From the IMG/VR virus record IMGVR_UViG_3300044109_000018, positions 1 through 43,677 of that record: a DNA stretch of 43,677 bases; one strand, written 5' to 3'. Both the position numbers and the translations under genes were made by a program. The stretch comes from a virus (Duplodnaviria; Caudoviricetes). The notes beneath the pieces were generated by a model that was not told where the DNA came from, searched no databases, and saw nothing but the letters and a program-made list of their open reading frames with translations. Shown in pieces: positions 33,727 through 42,462 of the stretch (position 1 is the first letter of the stretch; each line of letters begins with the position of its first letter).

Positions 33727-34070
33727 TGCCGACGGGTCCTCCTCGCCCCTGCCATGTGCCCACGTGCCCGCGTCTCAACTGCACCGAGCACGCGGTCCCG
33801 GACTGGCGTCCCCTGGTCGGGCCTCCACCCCCACGTATCCGCGGCCGTGCCCTCCAACGGTTACGGGCCCAGCTCTTCGCGCGACAGCCCTGGTGTGAGG
33901 CCTGCGAACGTGAGGGCCGGCTGTTCGTGCGCGCAACCATCCGCGATCACATCGTGCCGCTCGCGGAAGGCGGACGCGACGACGTGAGCAACGAGCAGGC
34001 GCTCTGTCTCTCGTGTTCGGACGCGAAGACACGGCGCGAGTCCGCGCGCGCGCGCAGGGATCATCGTTGA
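33726..34070 (+). CDS. Terminase-associated HNH endonuclease (HK97 gp74-like, 114 aa)
   Basis: PRPCHVPTC; PWCEAC..ATIRDHIVPLAEGG.D..NEQALC..C; precedes terS. Confidence 0.9.
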   Translation: MPTGPPRPCHVPTCPRLNCTEHAVPDWRPLVGPPPPRIRGRALQRLRAQLFARQPWCEACEREGRLFVRATIRDHIVPLAEGGRDDVSNEQALCLSCSDAKTRRESARARRDHR

Positions 34071-34172
34071 ACGGGCCGGGGGGGGGCATCGAAGTCTCTG
34101 TAAGTCCCTCTGCCGGAAACCCGGCCCGGGTGCTTTGCGAGTTTTCGCACAAAAACCTTTTCAGGAGAATCC
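34071..34172. other. Probable cos region
   Basis: Non-coding gap between HNH and terS with a G run, the usual cos position in HK97-like phages; exact cut site not determinable. Confidence 0.5.
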
Positions 34173-34664
34173 GTGGGAAATCAGAACAGCGGGCGGCGCC
34201 CGCAGCCGACGGCGCTCAAAGTCCTCCGAGGGAATCCTGGCAAGCGGAAACTGAACGCGCTCGAGCCGATCCCGCCGGCCGGCGCCGTGCGACAGCCCAC
34301 GCTGTCGACGACGGCCGGCCACGTCTGGGATCGTCTCGCGCCGATCGCGATCGCGATGCGCACGTTGACCGCCGCGGACGTGACGGCGTTCGCGACGCTG
34401 TGCGAGCTGCAGGCCACGCTCGAATGCGCCTGGGCCCAGAAGAATCCACCGCCGAAGACTGGTGATCGGAAGGCAGACCGCGAGGCGAGGTACGCGCACG
34501 CGTCGACCCTGGCCGACGCGATCAAGACCGAGAAGGACTTCGCGCCGATCGTCCGCCAGTATTACGCGCTCTTCGGGCTCGAGCCGGTGAGCCGCGCCAA
34601 GATCCAGGTCCCGGAGCCGGCCAAGACGCCGGTAGTCAGTAAATGGGCCGGTGAGCTGAAGTGA
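34173..34664 (+). CDS. terS: Terminase small subunit, P27 family (163 aa)
   Basis: GRRPQPTALKVLRGNPGKR...FGLEPVSRAKI. Confidence 0.92.
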   Translation: MGNQNSGRRPQPTALKVLRGNPGKRKLNALEPIPPAGAVRQPTLSTTAGHVWDRLAPIAIAMRTLTAADVTAFATLCELQATLECAWAQKNPPPKTGDRKADREARYAHASTLADAIKTEKDFAPIVRQYYALFGLEPVSRAKIQVPEPAKTPVVSKWAGELK

Positions 34665-35557
34665 AGGAGTCCGGCTCCGTGCGCGCCGTGCGCCTGATCA
34701 ATCAGCTCACGCACACGGCCGGTCCGTTCGCGCGGCAGCCGTTCGCCCTGCGGCGGTGGCAGCGGACGATTCTCCGGCGCCTCTTCTCGACGCGGAAAGA
34801 CGGGCTCCGGATCTACCGGACGTGCCTGCTGATGCTGCCGCGGAAGAACGGCAAGACCGAGCTCGCCGCAGCGATCGCGATCTATTGCCTGCTCTTCGAC
34901 CATGAGATCGGCGGGGAGATCTACTGCGCCGCGGCGGACAAAGAACAGGCCTCGAAGGTCTTCTTCGCGATGGTCGCGATGTTGCGCCACGATCCCGAGC
35001 TCCTCGCGCAGGTCGAGATCCTCGAGTCGCAGCGGCGCATCGTCCACCGGGCGAGCGGGAGCTTCTGCCGGGCGATCTCGGCCGAGGCCTACACGGCGCA
35101 TTCGTTCAACGCGTCCGTCGTCATCTACGACGAGCTCCACGCCGCGGCGAACCGGGATCTGTGGGACGTGCTCGCGACCAGCCAGGGCGCCCGCGCGCAA
35201 CCGCTGATGATTGCGATCTCCACGGCCGGCTTCGATCGCCATTCGATTCTCTGGGAGCTCTACTCCCACGCCCAGAAGGTCAAAGAGAACCCCGCGCTCG
35301 ACCCGACGTTCCTGCCGATTCTCTTCGAAGCGCCGATCGGCGCCGACTGGACCGACGAGCGGGTCTGGAAGCAGGCCAACCCCGCGCTCGGGGACTTCCG
35401 CAGTCTCGAGGAGATGCGCACGATGGCCGCCCGCGCGCAGGAAATCCCCGCCCAGGAGATGACCTTCCGCCGGCTGTACCTGAATCAGTGGACGGAGAGC
35501 GCCGAGCGCTGGATCTCGTTGGCCGCGTGGGACGCGTGCTCGGTGGTGGCCGCATGA
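34661..35557 (+). CDS. terL: Terminase large subunit, ATPase part (298 aa)
   Basis: PRKNGKT Walker A, IYDELH Walker B, ISTAG motif III, WKQANPALG, FRRLYLNQW. Confidence 0.92.
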   Translation: MKESGSVRAVRLINQLTHTAGPFARQPFALRRWQRTILRRLFSTRKDGLRIYRTCLLMLPRKNGKTELAAAIAIYCLLFDHEIGGEIYCAAADKEQASKVFFAMVAMLRHDPELLAQVEILESQRRIVHRASGSFCRAISAEAYTAHSFNASVVIYDELHAAANRDLWDVLATSQGARAQPLMIAISTAGFDRHSILWELYSHAQKVKENPALDPTFLPILFEAPIGADWTDERVWKQANPALGDFRSLEEMRTMAARAQEIPAQEMTFRRLYLNQWTESAERWISLAAWDACSVVAA

Positions 35558-36207
35558 CGCGGGCCGAGTACCGCGCGCGGTTGAAGGGCCGGCCTTGTTA
35601 CGTCGGGCTGGACCTCTCGAGCACGAAGGATCTGACCGCGCTCGTGGGGACGTTCCCCGATGACGAGGGCCACGGCTTCGACGTGCTCCCGGAGTTTTTC
35701 GTCCCCCAGGCAAACATCCTCGAGCGCGTGACGCGGGACCGCGTGCCGTACGACCAGTGGGTCCGGGACGGGTTCCTGAACGCGACCCCAGGGAACGTCA
35801 TCGATTCGGAGGCCGTGCGGCGGACGCTCAACGCGTGGGCGCTCGAGTTCGATCTGCGCGAAGTGGCTTATGACCCCTGGAACGCGACCGACCTGGTCAT
35901 CCGGCTCCAGGAGCAGGACGGGCTCGTGTGTGTCCCGATCCGGCAGGGGTTCCGGTCCCTCTCGGCGCCGACCAAAGCGCTCGAGACGGCGATCCTGTCG
36001 AAGACCCTGCGGCATGACGGGCACCCGATCCTGCGCTGGTGCATCGGGAACATCGTGGTCGAGCTCGACGCGGCGGGGAACTACAAGCTGTCGAAGGCCG
36101 TGAGCACGGAGCGGATCGACGGCGCGTCCGCGCTGGTCAACGCGATGGACCGGATGGGCCGCCACAGCGACGCGCCCGCCGAGGATCCCGTCCTGGTGTC
36201 CGCATGA
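35554..36207 (+). CDS. terL: Terminase large subunit, nuclease part (217 aa)
   Basis: CYVGLDLSSTKDLTA, YDPWNA, HDGHPILRW, RIDG..A; own ATG in ATGA overlap. Confidence 0.92.
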   Translation: MTRAEYRARLKGRPCYVGLDLSSTKDLTALVGTFPDDEGHGFDVLPEFFVPQANILERVTRDRVPYDQWVRDGFLNATPGNVIDSEAVRRTLNAWALEFDLREVAYDPWNATDLVIRLQEQDGLVCVPIRQGFRSLSAPTKALETAILSKTLRHDGHPILRWCIGNIVVELDAAGNYKLSKAVSTERIDGASALVNAMDRMGRHSDAPAEDPVLVSA

Positions 36208-36386
36208 AGCGCACCCACCCAGGGCGGCCGCCGCTCGACGACGAGGATCCGTCCGTCGACGTGCATTTGCGGATGCCGTCGAAGCAGTACGACGACGCGT
36301 ACGATCGGGCGCGTCGCGAACGGGTCACGGTGCCGGAGCAGATCCGGCAGGACATGCGCGACGCGGCGCGGCGGGCGAAGGAGTAG
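36204..36386 (+). CDS. Ribbon-helix-helix-like protein (60 aa)
   Basis: GRPPL..VHLRMP..YD..ARRERVTVPEQIR. Confidence 0.65.
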   Translation: MKRTHPGRPPLDDEDPSVDVHLRMPSKQYDDAYDRARRERVTVPEQIRQDMRDAARRAKE

Positions 36387-36395
36387 AATCCGCGC

Positions 36396-36626
36396 GTGGC
36401 CGACGAGACACCTCCACGAAGAAGAAAGAGAACCCGAAACGTGCTCGGGGAATCCAGCCTCGCACTAGTGAAGGGCGACAGCCGGGTCGTGACTGTCAAC
36501 ATGCCCTTGTCGGAGGTCCTCCGCCTCCGCCTCGAGGCGGCATCGCTCGGCGTCACCTTGAACGAATACATCGTGGCCCTTCTGAATGCACGCCGCCGCG
36601 GGACCCGAACCAAGAAGAAGCGGTAG
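36396..36626 (+). CDS. Ribbon-helix-helix-like protein (76 aa)
   Basis: VTVNMP...LRLEAASLGVTLNEYIVALL; TAGAAT 6 nt upstream. Confidence 0.65.
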   Translation: MADETPPRRRKRTRNVLGESSLALVKGDSRVVTVNMPLSEVLRLRLEAASLGVTLNEYIVALLNARRRGTRTKKKR

Positions 36627-36646
36627 CGCGCCGCCTCCCGCCAATT

Positions 36647-36669
36647 GTGGGCCTACAAAATAGGCTCAC
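36647..36669. promoter_or_regulatory. Palindromic operator or hairpin before head genes
   Basis: GTGGGCCTA-caaaa-TAGGCTCAC. Confidence 0.5.
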
Positions 36670-36710
36670 CCCCCGTCCGGCCCCACGCTGATACGTGTGG
36701 CGTTCTCCGA

Positions 36711-36941
36711 ATGATGCGCTGGCTGTGCTGGTGGCGGCCGCCCTGTCTCTTGCGGCGGGTGATCGTGAACTTCACGCACGACCCGACGGAGGCCTTCGAG
36801 GGGATTCTCTGGTCCTGTCGCGGACCGTGGCTCACGCTGCGCGACGTGTCAGCGCTCAAAGCGAACCTCCCGCCTGTGCCGGTGGCTGGCGAGATGGTCA
36901 TTCCACGCGAGCGGATCGCGTACCTCCAGGTGGCGCCGTGA
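36711..36941 (+). CDS. Small Sm/LSm-fold-like protein (76 aa)
   Basis: VIVNF..AFEGILW..LTLRDV..GEMVIPRERIAYLQ. Confidence 0.6.
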   Translation: MMRWLCWWRPPCLLRRVIVNFTHDPTEAFEGILWSCRGPWLTLRDVSALKANLPPVPVAGEMVIPRERIAYLQVAP

Positions 36942-38434
36942 TCGTCCGGACGTTCGAAGGCCTGCAGGCGCTCACCACACCGACGCCGAACTGGGGCGCG
37001 GCGGGCAGCTCGGTGAACCTCTACGGGCTGAACCAGTCGTACTTCGACATTTGGCGGACGCAACCGAACGTCCGGATCTGCGTCGACTTCTTGGCCCGCA
37101 ACGTCGCGCACGTCCCGCCGCACGCGTACCGCCGCGTGTCGGACACCGATCGGATCCGCCTGGCTGATCACGACCTCACGACCTGGCTGAGTCACCCAAA
37201 CCCCGCGACCACGCGCTATCGGCTCAGCGAAGATCTGATGACGGACCTCGGGATTTACCTGCAGGCCTACCTGCTCAAGGTGCGCTACCGCGGGGCGGAC
37301 GGCCGCGACGCCATCGGGCTCGTGCGCCTACCGCCCTACGAGATGAGCGTGGAGGGCGGGTTGCTCCCGACCGGGTTTGTCTGGACCACGAACGGGCGGG
37401 AGAAGCGCTTCGCGCCGTCCGAGATCGTCCACATCGCCGGCTATCGGCTGGGGATTTCCCCGCTCGAGACGCTGCGGCGGATCCTTGCGGAAGAGGCGGC
37501 CGCCGGCGATCACCGCGAAGGCTTCTGGCGCAACGCCGCGCGTATGGACGGCATCGTCACGCGCCCGGCCACGTCGAAGCCCTACAACGAGACGCAGGCG
37601 CAATCGTGGCGCGAGCAGTGGCAGGCGATGTATGCGAGCGGCGCCGGCGCGGGCAAGACGCTCCTCCTCCAAGGCGGGGAAACCTTCACGCCGCAGACGT
37701 TCAGCGCGAAGGACTCCGAATACACCGCGGGCGGGAAGCTCCGGCGCGAAATCGTGGCCGCCGCGTACCACATTCCGCTGCCGTTTGTCGGCATTTTGGA
37801 AAACGCCACCTTTAGCAACATCAAAGAGCAGCACCGGAACCTCTATCAGGACTGTCTCGGGCCGTGGTTTGAAATGCTGCGGCAGGAATTCCACCGGCAG
37901 CTCCTCGTCGAGTGCGACGACCAGCAGGACGTCTATCTCGAGTACTCGATCGACGCGAAGCTCGCGGGCACCCCGGAAGAGCGCGCGGAGTCGATCCACC
38001 AGTCCACCGGCCGCCCCTGGCGCACGGTGAACGAAGCGCGCGCGCTCGAGAACCTCCCGCGCATCGACGATGACGCGCTCGACACGGTCGCCCCGCAACA
38101 GGGCGGCCCGTCCGACGCCAGCGCGCATCCCGAACGGACTCCGGCGGCCCCAGCGCGCCCAGACGAAGACGACGAGGACGAGGAGGACGACGACGAAGAG
38201 GACGCCGCCCTGGTGGCCCCGGTCCTCCAGGCGGCCCGGGCCCGCCAGCACGCCACGCTGCACCGCCTGCCGCCCGTGGATCGACCCTCCGCGTTTCTCG
38301 CCGGCGTCGACCGCTGGACCCGCGAGCTCGCCGCCGATCTGACGCCGCTCGTCGGCGCCGCCGAAGCCGGCCGCCTGGCGCTCCAGACCAACGTCGACAC
38401 CCTGACCGCGCTGGCCACCGAGGACGCCCGATGA
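36938..38434 (+). CDS. Portal protein, HK97 family (498 aa)
   Basis: CVDFLARNVA, PNP, GISPLE, FWRNAA, ATFSNIKEQ, TVNEARALENLP; acidic C-terminal extension. Confidence 0.93.
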   Translation: MIVRTFEGLQALTTPTPNWGAAGSSVNLYGLNQSYFDIWRTQPNVRICVDFLARNVAHVPPHAYRRVSDTDRIRLADHDLTTWLSHPNPATTRYRLSEDLMTDLGIYLQAYLLKVRYRGADGRDAIGLVRLPPYEMSVEGGLLPTGFVWTTNGREKRFAPSEIVHIAGYRLGISPLETLRRILAEEAAAGDHREGFWRNAARMDGIVTRPATSKPYNETQAQSWREQWQAMYASGAGAGKTLLLQGGETFTPQTFSAKDSEYTAGGKLRREIVAAAYHIPLPFVGILENATFSNIKEQHRNLYQDCLGPWFEMLRQEFHRQLLVECDDQQDVYLEYSIDAKLAGTPEERAESIHQSTGRPWRTVNEARALENLPRIDDDALDTVAPQQGGPSDASAHPERTPAAPARPDEDDEDEEDDDEEDAALVAPVLQAARARQHATLHRLPPVDRPSAFLAGVDRWTRELAADLTPLVGAAEAGRLALQTNVDTLTALATEDAR

Positions 38435-39405
38435 ATCATTACGAACACGTCCTCAGCTTCGCGCTCGAGCATCCCTGGGCCATCACGCGGCCGATGCTCA
38501 CCGTGATCGCCTCGATCCTGGCACGCCGCGTGGCCGGCCAGGACGTCGACCGCGCGGAGATCGAAGCCGCCCTGGTCAACCGCAAGAACCTGCCGCAGCC
38601 GATGGCGGGCTCGATCGCGATCCTCCCGGTCTACGGGGTGCTCGCCCCGCGGATGAATCTCTTCAGCGAGATGAGCGGCGGCACGACGTTCGAGAAATTG
38701 ACCGGGCGCGTGCGCGAGGCGATGGGCAACAAGGCCGTCAAGACGCTGGTCCTGGACATTGATTCGCCGGGCGGGAGCGTCGCCGGCGCTCCCGAATTCG
38801 CACGCGAGTTGATGAAGGCCCGCACGAAGAAGCCGATCGTCGCGCAGATCCAGTACACGGGCGCCTCGGCGGCGTATTGGCTGGCGTCCTGTTGCACGGA
38901 GATCGTCGCGGCGCCCTCCGCGCGGGTCGGATCGATCGGGGTCTACACCTCGCACGACGACATCAGCGAGGCCCTCGCCAAGCTCGGCGTGAAGCGCACC
39001 TACCTGTCGGCCGGCGAAGGCAAGGTGGACGGCCACGAAGCCGAACCCCTCAGTGCGGCCGCAACCGACCGCATCACCGCGATGATCGACGAGGCCTACG
39101 GCCAGTTCGTGGGCGACGTGGTCAAGGGTCGCGGCGCCGGGATGACGGCCGAGCGCGTCCGCAAAGAGTGGAAGGCGCACGTCTACGGATCGGCCGAAGC
39201 CCTCTCGCTCGGGATGATCGATTCGATCGCGACCCTCGACGACACCCTGGCGCGCATTCTCTCGGCCGGCGACGCCGACGACCAGCGCGCCGCCCTGACC
39301 TTCTCTTCGACCGCCGACACGCCGCAGGAGCCTGTGAAGGCCACCGGCCAGGATCGCCGGCCCGAAGCCGAGCTCGAACGCCAACTGTTCGAGCTGCACC
39401 GTTGA
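38431..39405 (+). CDS. Prohead protease, S49/SppA family (324 aa)
   Basis: LDIDSPGG, ASAAYWLAS, VGSIGV. Confidence 0.92.
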   Translation: MNHYEHVLSFALEHPWAITRPMLTVIASILARRVAGQDVDRAEIEAALVNRKNLPQPMAGSIAILPVYGVLAPRMNLFSEMSGGTTFEKLTGRVREAMGNKAVKTLVLDIDSPGGSVAGAPEFARELMKARTKKPIVAQIQYTGASAAYWLASCCTEIVAAPSARVGSIGVYTSHDDISEALAKLGVKRTYLSAGEGKVDGHEAEPLSAAATDRITAMIDEAYGQFVGDVVKGRGAGMTAERVRKEWKAHVYGSAEALSLGMIDSIATLDDTLARILSAGDADDQRAALTFSSTADTPQEPVKATGQDRRPEAELERQLFELHR

Positions 39406-39434
39406 AATCGCCCCAAAACAGAAAGCTACCCATC

Positions 39435-40703
39435 ATGAACATCGTCGCCATGGAGCGCGACCTCCTCGCCAAGACCGGCGAGGCCTCCGCGCTCTTCGAA
39501 AAGACCGCCCTGGCCTGCCAGGCCCACACCGAGACCGCGGCAGACGGCACCGTCATCACCGGGCGCCTCTTCACAACCGAGGAGAAGGCCGCCGTCCAGA
39601 AGCTCATCGACGAGGGCACCGCGCTCAAGGCTCGCATCGCCTCCGCCAAGGGGGACGCGAATCTCTCCGCCGAGATCGAGCGCCTGACCGCCGGCATGAC
39701 CACGCCACGCACGGCCGCCGGCCAGCCGCGGGCGATGAAGTCGCTCGGCCAGCAGTTCATCGAGTCCGCGACGGGGCAGTTCTTCGTCAAGAAGCTGCAC
39801 CACGGGACGCGGAGCTGGCACACGCCGGTTGCGGAGCTGATCGAGATGCACGCGGCCACGCTGACCGAGGACGCGGCCAGCGGCGGTGATCTAATCATCT
39901 CGGACTTCCGGCCGGGCATCGTGCCGCTCCTCTTCAAGCGGCTGACCGTGCGGGATCTGCTCGCGCCCGGCTCGACCGACTCCAACAACGTCTCCTACAT
40001 GAAGGAGACGACCTTCACGAACACCGCCGCCGCGGTCGCGGAAGGCGCCGCGAAGCCGGAATCCACGCTCATCTTCGACCTGGTCAACGACCTGGTCCAG
40101 GTGATCGCGCACTGGCTGCCGGTCACCGAGCAGATGCTCGAGGACGTCAAGCAGATCTGCGCCTACATCGATGCGCGCCTCCGGCTGGGGGTGGATCTGA
40201 CCGAAGAGGACCAGCTCCTCAACGGCGACGGCACCGCCCCGAACATCTCCGGCATCCTCGACCGCGTCGGGCTGACGGCGGCGCAGGCGCGCGGGGCGGA
40301 CACCAACGCGGACGCGATCTTCAAGGAACAGATGAAGATCTTCAACGCGTCCTTCGTGATGCCCGACGGCCACGTCATCAACCCGACCAACTGGCAGACG
40401 ATCCAGCTCGCCAAGGATGCCAACGGCCAGTACTACGGGAGCGGCCCCTTCGCCGGCCCGCAGGCCGCGACGCTCTGGGGGCTGCCGGTCGCGGTGTCCC
40501 CGTCGATCGTGGCCAACACGTCGCTGACGGGCTCGTTCAAGTCGAGCGCGCAGATCTTCGACCTCGGCGGGATGCGCGTCGACGTCAGCAACAGCCACAG
40601 CGACTTCTTCATCAAGAACTTGGTCGCTATCAGGGCCGAGCGTCGGCTGGCCCTCGCCGTGTACCGTCCCGCCGCGTTCGGGACCAGCACGGGCCTCAAC
40701 TAA
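39435..40703 (+). CDS. Major capsid protein, HK97 fold (422 aa)
   Basis: VAEGAAKPES, IAHW, EEDQLLNGDG, KDANGQY, LWGLPV, FIKNLVAIRAERR..RPAAF. Confidence 0.95.
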   Translation: MNIVAMERDLLAKTGEASALFEKTALACQAHTETAADGTVITGRLFTTEEKAAVQKLIDEGTALKARIASAKGDANLSAEIERLTAGMTTPRTAAGQPRAMKSLGQQFIESATGQFFVKKLHHGTRSWHTPVAELIEMHAATLTEDAASGGDLIISDFRPGIVPLLFKRLTVRDLLAPGSTDSNNVSYMKETTFTNTAAAVAEGAAKPESTLIFDLVNDLVQVIAHWLPVTEQMLEDVKQICAYIDARLRLGVDLTEEDQLLNGDGTAPNISGILDRVGLTAAQARGADTNADAIFKEQMKIFNASFVMPDGHVINPTNWQTIQLAKDANGQYYGSGPFAGPQAATLWGLPVAVSPSIVANTSLTGSFKSSAQIFDLGGMRVDVSNSHSDFFIKNLVAIRAERRLALAVYRPAAFGTSTGLN

Positions 40704-40707
40704 GGCC

Positions 40708-41163
40708 ATGAAGCGACTCTTCGTCCTCAGCGCGCTCTGTCTCGTGATCGCCGGGCTTGTCCCGGCGGTCACCAGCCTCCGGGCGCAGAACCGGGCCGAA
40801 GGCGCGATCGCCAACGCGACGACGACCCACACCAAGATCAGCGTCGGGGTGACCGAAGACGAGACGGCGGTCAAGACGAGTGCCGGCGCGGTCTACACGA
40901 TCACCGCGACGAACACGAACGCCGCCGCCCGCTATCTCAAGTGCTACAACCTGACGGCCGCGAGCGCGGCCCCAGGCACGTCCACGCCGTGGTTGCGGCT
41001 GGCCATCCCGCCGGCGGCGACCAGCGGCGCGTTGTCGGTGACCTTTCCCAACGGCGCGTTTTTCTCGACCGCGTTGACGTGTGCCCTGGTCACGGGCGCG
41101 GCGGATACCGACGTCGCCGAGGTCGCCGCCAACGAAGTCATGTGGTTCATCACCTACAAGTAG
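40708..41163 (+). CDS. Beta-sandwich protein with signal-peptide-like N-terminus (151 aa)
   Basis: MKRLFVLSALCLVIAGLV..LRAQ; directly after capsid gene. Confidence 0.7.
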   Translation: MKRLFVLSALCLVIAGLVPAVTSLRAQNRAEGAIANATTTHTKISVGVTEDETAVKTSAGAVYTITATNTNAAARYLKCYNLTAASAAPGTSTPWLRLAIPPAATSGALSVTFPNGAFFSTALTCALVTGAADTDVAEVAANEVMWFITYK

Positions 41164-41173
41164 GAGCGCGCAG

Positions 41174-41533
41174 ATGGGACAGCCTCGATACGACGCGACC
41201 CGCAATCAGATGGTCCGCGGGGACAGCGACGCCGACGTGGCCTATGCGGCTAACGGCGCGATCACGATCAGCGACGGCGTGCATGCCATCACGAAGGGCA
41301 GCGCCGCGGCGATGACCTTGGCCCCGCCGGCGGCCGCGGATGAAGGCATCCGGCTGATCATCACCGCCCGCACGGCGTTCGCGCATACCGTGACGCTCAC
41401 CGAAGGCCTCGGCGGGAAGGGTGCCGCATTCGACGTGATGACCTTCGCGGCGGTGGGCGACACGATCGAACTGCTCGCGGACAACGCGCACTGGGTGCCG
41501 GTGAGCGCCCCGTACGGGGTTGTGATCAGCTAA
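41174..41533 (+). CDS. Putative head decoration/fibre protein (119 aa)
   Basis: AGGAG SD; MTLAPP..EG.RLII..AHTVT..FAAVGDTIEL beta pattern. Confidence 0.6.
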   Translation: MGQPRYDATRNQMVRGDSDADVAYAANGAITISDGVHAITKGSAAAMTLAPPAAADEGIRLIITARTAFAHTVTLTEGLGGKGAAFDVMTFAAVGDTIELLADNAHWVPVSAPYGVVIS

Positions 41534-41544
41534 GCCCCTGGGCC

Positions 41545-41952
41545 GTGGACGACCAGCCGATCGTCCGGTTCGTCGGCCAGCGGGAACAGCATCTCGGCGA
41601 CTGCACGATTGCCGCCTTCGCGATGTGCGTCGGCGTGTCGTACTCGGAAGCCCTGGTTGCGATCGCGGCCGTCGAGCCGCGCGTACTGACCCTTGGCGCG
41701 AAGTGGCCGCACTTAAAGCGGGCGGCCACGACGTTCGGCGTCGAGTTCGTCGAGCGCAAACGGTTCGATCTCGATGACCTCGACGAAGGCGGCGGGATGC
41801 TCGGCGTGAAATTCCGCGACGGCTGCGAGCACGCGGTGTTCTTCAAGCGGGGCCTCATCTTCGATGGTCGGTCTGGCGCCGTGTGGGACGCCGATGTGTA
41901 TTTGCGGGTGAACAAGGTGACGGTCCTGACGATGCTCGTGCGGACCCGGTGA
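41545..41952 (+). CDS. C39-like cysteine peptidase (135 aa)
   Basis: Q....GDCTIAAFAM, HAV, IFD: Q-C-H-D arrangement. Confidence 0.7.
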   Translation: MDDQPIVRFVGQREQHLGDCTIAAFAMCVGVSYSEALVAIAAVEPRVLTLGAKWPHLKRAATTFGVEFVERKRFDLDDLDEGGGMLGVKFRDGCEHAVFFKRGLIFDGRSGAVWDADVYLRVNKVTVLTMLVRTR

Positions 41953-41968
41953 ACGAGGGAGTAACGGC

Positions 41969-42244
41969 ATGGCGAAGACGACCGGCGGCATCGTCGTCGA
42001 GACGACGACCTCGAGCGTGACGCAACCGGGCCCGGGCCCCGGCGAATCCAACGCGCGCGCCAGGCGCCGCGAGGCGCCGCCGGTCGCGCCGCCGGCGGCC
42101 GCTGCTGCCGACGACGAGCGCGCGGCTGAGGCGCGCGCGACCGGGAAGCTGGGCGGCGAGGGCAACCTGCCGGTCGAGGAATTGGAGCAGCCCCCCCAGG
42201 CGAAGGCTGCGAAGCCCGCAAAGGCGAAGAAGACGCGCCGGTGA
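41969..42244 (+). CDS. Low-complexity hypothetical protein (91 aa)
   Basis: GGGAG SD; Ala/Pro-rich, basic tail. Confidence 0.5.
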   Translation: MAKTTGGIVVETTTSSVTQPGPGPGESNARARRREAPPVAPPAAAAADDERAAEARATGKLGGEGNLPVEELEQPPQAKAAKPAKAKKTRR

Positions 42245-42462
42245 TCGGCCGACGCGATCCGGGCGCCTGCATCGTCTGCGGCGCCGCGCACTGTGCGTGC
42301 GGCGGCGGGCCGATTGCGATCGTGCAGCTCCCGGCGCGGGACGGCGCGGCGGTGGAACTCACGGGGCTTCCGCTCGTGGCTGAGATCATTCAGGCGAGTC
42401 TGCCGGCCGGGCAGTTCACCACCGCGACCTATCGTGGGGATCCGAGGAAGCGCAGACGATGA
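42241..42462 (+). CDS. Small Cys/His protein (73 aa)
   Basis: CIVCGAAHCAC; coupled both sides. Confidence 0.55.
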   Translation: MIGRRDPGACIVCGAAHCACGGGPIAIVQLPARDGAAVELTGLPLVAEIIQASLPAGQFTTATYRGDPRKRRR

